From the NCBI GenBank assembly GCA_951406725.2, contig OX597817.1:57660001-57724000 (forward strand): a stretch of DNA of 64,000 bases. The letters run 5' to 3'. A program made the translations under genes and the position numbers. This DNA is from Octopus vulgaris (taxonomy: Eukaryota). Below are positions 54,344-64,000 of this stretch, in pieces. The number at the start of each line of letters is the position of its first letter. The stretch's first letter is position 1. The notes under the pieces are model-generated. The model ran no database searches, was not told the DNA's origin, and saw only the letters and a list, made by a program, of their open reading frames with translations.

Positions 54344-54352
<9 letters not shown>
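53990..54352. mobile_element. PLE-like terminal repeat remnant with ~40-bp inverted arms (54099-54138 / 54313-54352)
   Basis: tattaagggcattactacatgtaaatgcctcacgctat vs atagcgtgaggcatttacgtgtagtaatgcctttaata; encloses the hammerhead motif; flanked by (TA)n. Confidence 0.6.
54234..54291 (-). ncRNA. Type I hammerhead ribozyme motif in a PLE-like repeat with inverted arms
   Basis: Minus strand CTGCA-CTGACGA-tTAG...CTAc-GAAA-TCAT(gt)ATGA-T-T-TGCGG; stem I CTGCA/TGCGG, near-palindromic stem III. Confidence 0.65.
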
Positions 54353-54378
<26 letters not shown>

Positions 54379-55513
54379 CATCTTAATGTCCACTTTTCTA
54401 TGCTTGGGTGAAGTTTACTGAGGCAGACTTTTGTCTATGATTGGATGCTCTTCCTGTTACCCACCCTTACTAGGTTCCAAACAATGTAATATTTCCCCAT
54501 GGTCAGACATGCTTACACAGAATATTGGTAATGAAGAACACTCAAGTGCAACAATCATAGAATAGCAATGCAAGGACTCACACACACGTGTGTGTGCATA
54601 TATATTGTCATTATCAGTGGAGGCGCAATGGCCCAGTGGTTAGGGCAGTGGACTCATGGTTATAGTATCATATATGTATATAGTATGGTTATAATATCAT
54701 ATATTCATAAGCTGAAACTAGTTGCCAAATCAGATTGGAGCATGATACAGCCTCCTGGCTTGCCAGTCCTTGGTCAAACAATCCAAACCATGCCAGCATG
54801 GAAAGCAGATGTTAAATGATGATATAGATATAGCAGATACTGGAAGACAATGCAGTCCTTGGGCCCAGTGGACCTAACCCATGCCAACATGGGTAATGGA
54901 TGTTAAAGGATGATGATGGGCATGGCTATGTGGTTCAGATGTTTGCTATGCAGCTACATGGTTTATGGCTCAAACCACACTGCATGGCAGCTTAAACACG
55001 TGTTCAACCTCGTGACATTTGAGAGATGGAAACTGTACTGAATCTTGTGCCACCCACCATTGCTGTCGCTATCATTATCCTCGTCCTTTTATGTCTGTTT
55101 TATTTGTGTGTCTTCACATTGACACCACTTGGCGAGAGCAGTGACATTTGTTTACATCCTTCATAAACAAAATATTCTGTAGCTTTTGTGGTTAAACAAG
55201 CAAGGACCAAAGGGAAAAAAGTTATCTTGTTTGAAATGAAGTGAGGGTTGGGATGAGGAAAGACATTCAATCAGAGAGTCCTGCCCTCATGAAGTCTCAC
55301 TCAACTCATCCCAGAATAACCATGGTGCTATATTAAAAACATGGAAAACAGCTGTTAAATGATGATGATGATCACAGACACACACACACACACTGTACTT
55401 CATCGTTTAATGATCATCTTCCATACTGGCAAGAACGAGGCAGTTTGAGAGGATCCAACAGGCTGGACGACCGAGTTGGGGACCAAAGTCTTCCTTAGTA
55501 TGGTTTCTTGTCA

Positions 55514-55978
55514 TCTCTCTATATATAAATGGCAAAATGTCTGTCTGTGTGTGTGTCCTTTATACAAATCCACAATTTTTCAGTTAGAGGGCTCGCACTT
55601 TCTATGGTCATTCAAAACCATCCAAGGGTAGTCATGCACATCTTTACATTTCCCCAGTTACCCCTCAATGCCATTAAAAAATCAATAGAAGTGACTTTTT
55701 TGTGAATTTTCTATCCAAAACCCAATCAAAATGCCCGAAACTTGATACGCCAATTGAATGCCAGCTAGCTGTATGTGATTGGTTGGAGATTTGAACAGTA
55801 CTCGCGTGTATGTGTGCACACATGCAGCTGTATATGCATGCACTAGCACTATGACCCAGCAACGCCGGGTCATAGTGCTAGTGCATGCATATACAGCTGC
55901 ATGTGTGCACACATACACGCGAGTACTGTTCAAATCTCCAACCAATCACATACAGCTAGCTGGCATTCATAGTGCTAG
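55514..55978 (+). mobile_element. Non-autonomous Helitron-like element with fold-back duplicated 3' end
   Basis: A|TC...tatatataaa 5' end; subterminal GC hairpin gacccagcaacgccgggtc followed by CTAG|T (55878-55881), and a second CTAG|T at 55975-55978. Confidence 0.65.
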
Positions 55979-56794
55979 TGGTTTCTATAGCTGGATGCTC
56001 TTCCTGATACCAACCACTTTACAGAATGTAATCAAGGCAGAGTTGGCTTTTTGTCAGGCATTGAGAGGTTAAAATATAATAAAGTGACAGACGTCTTGCT
56101 ATAGAAAAGATACCTGGCTACTTTGCATTATGTAGAAGAGGATGGGAGCAACTAGAAAGATGTCAGAGGTGTTGGTGATGAAGTGTTGGAGAATACGGTC
56201 AAGGAAGAAGAAGAAGAAAAAGGTAAGAATAGGAGAGAATAGAGACTGAGGATGCGGAATACAGACTGTGGATGGGTGAATGAGTTCATAGGAGTGTGAG
56301 AAGAGAGTGGCTGGTGGTTATGGATGGGAGTAAAGATGAATAGAATAACTGATGTACAAAGGTGGAGGTGTAGTGGATGGGGGAGAAGGTAAAAGAAAAT
56401 AACTCAAGGAAGAGGAGGAGACAAGTGGCAATAGAGGAAGGGTGGAGAGCAGCAGTTTAATAAACCTGTAGATAGAGCAGAAAATAAGGAGATGGTGTGC
56501 AGTGATGGTGGTGGCAGGGTAGAGAGAGATGTACATAGACAGAGATGGAGATTAGATATACAAAGTGGTGGTTATGTATAAAAAAGGTGGTGGCAGCAGT
56601 GGATATGAGAGAGTGCTAAAGATGGGGTTTGGCAATTTAGCTCAGAGGACAGGGAGAGGTCCTTGGAGACACAGAAAGGGATGATCATCATTTAACATCC
56701 GTCTTCCATGCTGGCATAGGCTGGACAATTGACAGCATCCAATGAGCTGGAGGATGGCATCAAACTCTGATGTCTGCTACATGTGTGTGTGCAT

Positions 56795-57970
56795 ATATCT
56801 TTTACTTGTTTCAGTCATTCGACTGCGGCCATGCTGGGGCACCACCTTGAAGAATTCTTAGTTGAATGAATTGACCCCAGTACTTATTGATTTTGCTAAG
56901 TCTGGTACTGATTCTATCGTTCCTTTTTGACAAACTGCTAAGTTACAAAGAAGTGAACATGCCAATACCAGTTGTCAGGTGGTAGTGGGGAGACAAACAC
57001 AGACACACAGACATATATGACAGGTTGGCCATGCTTGGACACCACCTAGGAAAGTTTTAGTTGAATGAACTGACTACTCTTTTACTCTTTTACTTGTTTC
57101 AGTCATTTGACTGTGGCCATGCTGGAGCACCGCCTTTAGTCGAGCAAATCGACCCCGGGACTTATTCCTTGTAAGCCTAGTACTTATTCTATCGGTCTCT
57201 TTTGCCGAACTGCTAAGTGATGGTGATGTAAACACACCAGCATCGGTTGTCAAGCAATGCTAGGGGGACAAACACACACACATACACACACATATATATA
57301 TATATACATATATACGACAGGCTTCTTTCAGTTTCTGTCTACCAAATCCACTCACAAGGCATTGGTCGGCCCGGGGCAATAGCAGAAGACACTTGCCCAA
57401 GATGCCACGCAGTGGGACTGAACCCGGAACCATGTGGTTGGTTAGCAAGCTACTTACCACACAGCCACTCCTGCGCCTATATACTAGAGTACTTTTTTTT
57501 ATTTTAAGCCTAATACTTATTCTATCATTCTCTTTTACTGAACTGCTAAGTTACAGAGACGTAAAAACACCAACATCGGTTGCCAAGTGGTGGTGAGGGA
57601 CAAACACAGACACAAAAATCATAAGAACACAGAAATATGTATACGACGGGCTTCTTTCAGTTTCCATCTATCAAATCTGCTCAGAAGGATTTGGTTGAAC
57701 TGAGGCTATAGTAGAAGATACTTGCCCAAGGTGCCATGCAGTGGGACTGAACCCAGAATCATTTAGTTGGTAAGCAAGCTACTTACCACACAGCCAAGCA
57801 TATATATACATACATACACACCACAGGCTCTTTCAGTTTCCATCTATCAAATTCACTCAGAAGGCCTTGGTCGACCCGAGGCTATAGTAGAAGACACTTG
57901 CCCAAGGTGCCATGCAGTGGGACTGAACCCAGAACCATGTGGTTGGTAAGCAAGCTACTCACCACACAGC
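56795..57970 (-). mobile_element. Nested cluster of 4-5 family B SINE copies
   Basis: gggactgaaccc(g/a)gaa..atgtggttggt..gcaagctact reiterated at ~57415, ~57740, ~57920. Confidence 0.85.
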
Positions 57971-58246
57971 AAATCTAAGAATGGAGGTGATGGTGTTCAT
58001 TGTGGTTGTTTCCTAATTACATCATAGATATAAATATAAAGGATTATGCAATACCACAAGGTATTGCATGTGATGCAATACTGTCTCTTCAGATTAAGAG
58101 CAAAAAAGCAATACAGGTGTGGCTGTGTGGTAAAGAAATAGGTATTTCATCTGTTTTTACGTTCTGAGTTCAAATTCCTCTGAGGTTGACTTTGCCTTTC
58201 ATCTTTTCGGGGTCGATAAATTAAGTACCTGTACTTAATACCTAGT

Positions 58247-58620
58247 ACTTTGGCTAGGTATTTCTCCTGCAGTTGCCTTACCAGAAATATAGCATCAGTA
58301 GTGCTTCTCCCTGGCACAAAATCAAACTGCATCTCATCAAGACTAATTCTTTTCCTAATTAGTTGGGCTATGATCCTCTCTGTAGCTTTCATTACCTGAT
58401 CCAACAATTTGATATCTCTGTAATTATTTCTATCTAAGGCATCACCTTGACCTTTGTAGCAGTTGACTATGGTTCTGATACACCAGTCATTGGGTATGAC
58501 TCATGTACAACCTGACTGACTATACAGGAGACAAGACCATAACCCACACTGCCCAATTTTTTAAGCATTTCAGCTGTGATTCCTGATGGGCCAGGGGCTT
58601 TCCTCATCTTCATATCCTTC
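58247..58620 (-). mobile_element. RTE LINE reverse-transcriptase N-terminal fragment
   Basis: LDQVMKATERIIAQLIRKRISLDEMQFDFVPGRSTTDAIFLVRQLQEKYLAK, the typical non-LTR RT QFGF..GRST.DAIF..RQL.EK motif. Confidence 0.9.
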
Positions 58621-58940
58621 ACGGAGTTCCTTTTGTGTATTGGACCTCATGGAGGCAATGATGGAGGCCTTTGGCATTATATTGTGCTTGAAAAGTCAAC
58701 CCATCAAGCTGAGCAAAATTGCAGTCATGGCAGATACTGGTGTCATGCAAATGGAACCTGTGCCAGTGACATGTAAAAGCACCCTTGGCACTCATGGAGT
58801 GGTTGGCATTAGGAAGGGCATCCAGCCATAGAAAACCATGCCAAATCAGACTGGAGTCTGGTACAGCCTTCCAGTTTACCAGCCCTGGTCAAACCGTCCA
58901 ACCCATGCCAGCATGGACATTAAATGATGATGATGATGAC
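58621..58940 (+). mobile_element. RTE LINE 3' end with (GAT)n tail
   Basis: Homologous to the 3'UTR of the 30.9-32.3 kb RTE; ends catgccagcatggacattaaatgatgatg. Confidence 0.85.
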
Positions 58941-59079
58941 CTAAATGTTATACCCATACACTTCTTAACTATGCCTGCAACCTTACACATATCTATAATT
59001 TATATGTGTGTGTATATGTGTTTGTGCATGATTGCATAAATGTATGGTGGTCCTGTAATAAAGTTAAATGTATGAATAT

Positions 59080-59295
59080 TCTTTTCTACTCTAGGTGCAA
59101 AGCCTGAAATTTTGGGGGAGGGGTGGGCAGTCGATTTGATCGACCCCAGTATGCAACTGGTACTTATGTTTATCGGCTCCAAAAGAATGAAAGGCAAAGT
59201 TGACCTCAGCAGAATTTGAACTCAGAACATAAAAACGGATGAAATACCACTAAGCATTTCGCCCAGTCTGCTAATGTTTCTTCCAGTTCTCTGTC
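59080..59295 (-). mobile_element. SINE family A copy
   Basis: Consensus match. Confidence 0.8.
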
Positions 59296-59339
59296 TTTAA
59301 ATGTATGAATATTTACATAATCATCAAAAACCAAAATCA

Positions 59340-59653
59340 CAATAAAAAATGGAAATTGTAGTTGTGGCCGATGTCAGTGCCGCCTGACTGCCTCTCATGC
59401 TTGTGGTATGTAAAAAGCACCATCCGAACATGGCCAATGCCAGTGTCACCTGACTGGCTCCCATGTGGATGGCACGTAAAAAGTACCCACTACACTCTCT
59501 GAATGGTTGTCGTTAGGAAGGGCATCCACCTGCAGAAACCATGCCAGACCAGATTGGAGCCTGGTGCAACCTTCTGGCTTGCCAGTCCTCAGTCAAACCG
59601 TCCAACCCATGCCAGCATGGAAAACGGACGTTAAACAATGGTGATGATGATGA
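59340..59653 (+). mobile_element. RTE-tail repeat
   Basis: Consensus match, (GAT)n tail. Confidence 0.85.
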
Positions 59654-59852
59654 TACAGGTGTGCATGTTTATCATGTATATGTATATATGAATATTGAAT
59701 TGAGAAGTTAGTAATGTAGTTGGCCATGAAGTTTGCTTAGTAACCCCATGGTTTTAGGTTCAGTCCCATTCTATGGCACTTCATTCTTGAGTCTCCCACT
59801 ATAGCCCTGGGGCTGTGAAAGCATTGAATAGATTTGGTTGGCAGAAACTTAA

Positions 59853-60080
59853 AGGCGGTGAGATGGCAGAAACATTAGCATGCCAGGCGAAATGCTTAGT
59901 GGTATTTCATCTACCGCTACGTTCTGAGTTCAGATTCCGCTGAGGTCGACCTTGCCTTTCATCCTTTCGGGGTCGATTAAATAAGTACCAGTTACACACT
60001 GGGGTTGATGTAATCGACTTAACCCATTTGTCCTTGTTTGTCTCCTCTATTTTTAGCCCCTTGTGGGTAGTAAAGAAATA
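59853..60080 (+). mobile_element. SINE family A copy nested in a family B SINE
   Basis: Interrupts gcagaaact|...|agaaactgaaag of the family B body. Confidence 0.8.
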
Positions 60081-60619
60081 AGAAACTGAAAGCAGTCAAC
60101 AGTGGTGTGTGTGTGTGTGTGTATGTGTGTGTTTGTTTCAATATCTTTTAATAGGTAAACATGGCCAGACATGTTTTTCACGGATGACTGGAAATGCATA
60201 GTCTTGCTCTCATGACAAGGATGCTTGTTTGCAACCATCATCAGATGTCTAGACAGATACACAAATGCACACACACATGGCTTCTGCAATATACATACAA
60301 TGATTAGGAAACAAATCATTGTACATCCATTCAGATCATTAATACAACAAATACATGTAGGCATGTTAACCGTTCAATGCTTACACACAATTGTACTTAA
60401 TGCACCTCATGGAAAATACATGTTTATACATAGAGATCACATGCACCATATGCATGATATGGTTTCGGGTTCAGTCCCACTGCGTGGCCCTTTGGGTAGG
60501 TGTCTTCCACTATAGCCCCGAGCCGACCGGAGCTTTGTGATTGAATTCGGTAGGTGGAAGTTACTGCCGTGTGTGTATATGTGCGTGTAGGTGCTTGTGC
60601 CTCTCTGAAAGAGAGAGGG

Positions 60620-60662
60620 ATATATATATATATATATATATATGTATACATGTGTATGTATA

Positions 60663-60728
<66 letters not shown>

Positions 60729-60732
60729 ATCA

Positions 60733-60770
<38 letters not shown>

Positions 60771-60779
60771 AATATATGC

Positions 60780-60811
<32 letters not shown>

Positions 60812-61088
60812 GTATATGTGTGTATATGTATATATATACATATATGTATGTGTGTGTATATGTGTATTATATATGTATATATTTATATATATGTATATGT
60901 ATATGTATATGTATGTGTGTGTGTATATGTATATATGTATATATATGAGTGTGCGCGAGTATGTCGATGTATATGTAGGTATGTAGAGTTATGTGTATGT
61001 GCAGGTATGTGAGTGTAGATACAAATTGTAGATGTGTATATATATGTATGTGTATATATACATGTATATAGGTATATGTATGTGTGTG

Positions 61089-61129
<41 letters not shown>

Positions 61130-61213
61130 GCGAGTATGTAGAGATATAAGTATGTGCATGTGTATATATATGTGTGTATATGTATGTATGGGTATGTGTA
61201 TGTGTATGTATGT

Positions 61214-61250
<37 letters not shown>

Positions 61251-61420
61251 CATATGTATGCATATACGTATGTATGTATGTATGTACATGTGTATGTATA
61301 TATGTGTGTAAGTGTGTGTATATATGTAAATGTAAGTGTGTGTGCTTGTATGAGAATGTATGTATGTTTGCACACATGTATATATATGTGTGTGTATGTG
61401 TATATGTATATATATATATA
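60620..61420. repeat. Compound (TA)n/(TG)n microsatellite
   Basis: Direct inspection. Confidence 0.9.
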
Positions 61421-61885
61421 TCATCATTTAATGTCCGCTTTCCATGCTAGCATGGGTTGGACGGTTCAACTGGGGTCTGGGGAGCCCGAAAGCTGCACCA
61501 GTCCAGTCAGATCTGGCAGTGTTTCTACAGCTGGATGCCCTTCCTAACGCCAACCACTCCGAGAGTGTAGTGGGTGATTTTATGTGCCACCGACACAGGT
61601 GCCAGACGAGGCTGGCAAACGGCCACGCTCGGATGGTGTTTTTTATGTGCCACCGACACAGGTGCCAGACGAGGCTGGCAGACGGCCACGCTCGGATGGT
61701 GTTTTTATGTGCCACCGACACAGGTGCCAGATGAGGCTGGCAAAACGGCCACGATCGGATGGTGCTTGTTACGTGCCCACAGCACGGAGGCCAGTCGATG
61801 CGGTACTGGCTACGGCCACGTTCGGATGGTTTTCTTGTGTGCCACGTGCCACCGGCACTGGTACCACAAGGATACAAATTCCAAT
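61420..61885 (-). mobile_element. Young RTE-tail repeat with about three near-identical internal tandem units (~62-63 bp)
   Basis: tttatgtgccaccgacacaggtgccagacgaggctggcaaacggccacgctcggatggtg repeated at ~61578, ~61641, ~61703; CpGs retained. Confidence 0.85.
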
Positions 61886-62111
61886 GTATATATATATATA
61901 TATATGTATATATATGTGTATGTATATATATGTGTATGTGTGTGTGTGTGTATACATGTGTGTATGTGTATGTATGTATGTATATATATGCGTGTGTATG
62001 TGTATGTGTATATGTACATATACGCGTACGCTCGTGTGTTTTGTATATGTAGGTACGTAGAGTTATCTATGTGTGTATTTATATGTACATGTGTGTAGGT
62101 ATGTATATGTG

Positions 62112-62142
<31 letters not shown>

Positions 62143-62189
62143 ATATATATGTATGTATGTGTGTATGTGTATATATATGTGTATATATG

Positions 62190-62225
<36 letters not shown>

Positions 62226-62469
62226 TATATAAAAATATTATTATTCTGATCCCCCTAGTCGCCACTCTGTTTACTATTTCAGCCTCGCCTCGTTTTTGCA
62301 TATTCTGTATAATTCACTAGTTATCGTTATAGATATTTAAGATCTATCTCCCTTACAGGGCTGATTAGAAATTGGCTGCCGATTCTTCGCGGCGCGCCCG
62401 CCCTACCCACCCCCACCACCAATACCGGATATCTCTATTTTGCTCCAACTATACCGGATGTCGTTTCTC

Positions 62470-63095
62470 CCACCACCATTATAGGTGTCTACTCTTTAAA
62501 CCCCCTCTTCAATACGCTATTTCACCATGCATTACCCCTCTCTCGATATCCTACGTTCTACTTGCCTAGAACCTGTCCTCTGAACCACCCCTCCCACTGG
62601 TGCTCCCCTATATTTCTGCACCCCCCACCACCATTATAGGTGTCTACTCTTTAACCCCCTCTTCAATACGCTATTTCACCATGCATTACCCCTCTCTCGA
62701 TATCCTACGTTCTACTTGCCTAGAACCTGTCCTCTGAACCACCCCTCCCACTGGTGCTCCCCTATATTTCTGCACCCCCCCACCACCATTATAGGTGTCT
62801 ACTCTTTGAACCCCCTCTTCAATACGCTATTTCACCATGCATTACCCCTCTCTCGATATCCTACGTTCTACTTGCCTAGAACCTGTCCTCTGAACCACCC
62901 CTCCCACTGTTGCTCCCCATATTTCTGCACCCCCCCACCACCATTATAGGTGTCTACTCTTTGAACCCCCCTCTTCAATACGCTATTTCACCATGCATTA
63001 CCCCTCTCTCGATATCCTACGTTCTACTTGCCTAGTACCTGTCCTCTGAACCACCCCTCCCACTGGTGCTCCCCTATATTTCTGCACCCCCCCCC
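62470..63095. repeat. 155-bp tandem repeat, 4 nearly identical copies
   Basis: ataggtgtctactc recurs at 62481, 62636, 62791, 62946. Confidence 0.95.
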
Positions 63096-63330
63096 ATAAA
63101 AAGCACCATCCGAACGTGGCCGATGCCAGACCCTCTGGCACCTGTGCAGGTGGCACGTAAAAAACACCCACTACACTCGCGGAGTGGTTGGCGTTAGGAA
63201 GGGCATCCAGCTGTAGAAACACTGCCAGACTAGACTGGAGCCTGGGGCAGTCCCGAGCTCCCCAGACCCCGGTCGAAACCGTCCAACCCGTGCTAGCGCG
63301 GAAAACGGACGTTAAACGATGATGATGATA
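63096..63330 (+). mobile_element. Young RTE-tail repeat
   Basis: CpG-intact consensus (ccgtgctagcgcggaaaacggacgttaaacgatgatg). Confidence 0.85.
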
Positions 63331-63418
63331 TCTGTGTGTGTGATCATATATATATATATATATATGATCATGTATATGTGTGTGTATATATATATATGTG
63401 TGTGTGTGTGATCATGTA

Positions 63419-63465
<47 letters not shown>

Positions 63466-63632
63466 TTGTGTATCTTATTTTTTTTGCCAAATAAACACAT
63501 GCACTATTTAAGACACAACAAAAATTTTTAGAAAAATAAGTAAATGAGTGGAAACTTTACCGATGAGTGTGTTAAATTATAAGGCACTAAAAGAGAATGA
63601 CTCTCCCCAGACACAACAGAATATATATATAT

Positions 63633-63864
63633 ATAGGGCTGGCCAAAAGTCACCCAACAGTAAACCAAGATTCCATAAATAATATCTGTAATTCTGTATT
63701 GACTTGAATGGAAAATTTGTTGCTCAAGAAGGACTTCAGTTTGACCAATTTTCATGATGTTTCATATTTAGATGCTTTTATTAAAATTCATTCAGTTGTT
63801 AAACATAAATCTAGGAATTAAATGGTTTTGGTTTACTGTCAGGTGACTTTTGGCCAACTTTGTG
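63633..63864. mobile_element. Tc1/mariner-type MITE inserted in (TA)n
   Basis: TIRs agggctggccaaaagtcacccaacagtaaacca / tggtttactgtcaggtgacttttggccaacttt, flanked by TA repeats. Confidence 0.8.
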
Positions 63865-64000
63865 TATATATATATATATATATAAAATTCTATCATGTAT
63901 ATATGTATATATAAAATTCTATCATGTATATATGTATGTGTGTGTGTATGTATGTATGATCATTGTCATCCTCATTTAATGTCCGCCTTCCATGCTGGCA

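Noticed and set aside
61428-62098. Overlapping 149-174-aa ORFs with repeated peptides
   Set aside because: Derived from tandem units of the RTE 3'UTR plus microsatellite; the recurring 'FLQLDALPNANHSESVVG' peptide is antisense repeat translation.

Overview
AT-rich, microsatellite- and retroposon-dense eukaryotic genomic DNA. The repeat families point to an Octopus/coleoid cephalopod origin (inferred from recognisable SINE/RTE families, not from a search). One protein-coding gene is well supported: a minus-strand CREBL2/REPTOR-BP-like bZIP gene with coding exons at 32739-32942 and 19523-19993, a probable upstream exon at 33677-33913, and a possible first exon/promoter near 52.6-53.1 kb. Most of the remaining sequence is repeats: RTE LINE remnants and their abundant 3' tails, several tRNA-derived SINE families, Penelope-like (PLE) remnants, an R4/Dong-like remnant, mariner/hAT/Helitron-type DNA elements, MITEs, minisatellites and long (TA)n/(AAT)n tracts. 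Nearly all ORFs in the supplied track are microsatellite or repeat artefacts. The most interesting signals are: (i) several unrelated minimal hammerhead-ribozyme motifs, one joined to a tRNA-derived Pol III head inside inverted repeats (candidate PLE-mobilised ribozyme SINE); (ii) a 75-codon upstream ORF in frame with CREBL2, separated from it by a single UAG; (iii) long perfect or G:U-only hairpins; (iv) template-switch rearrangements. Repeat boundaries were read by eye and are approximate.
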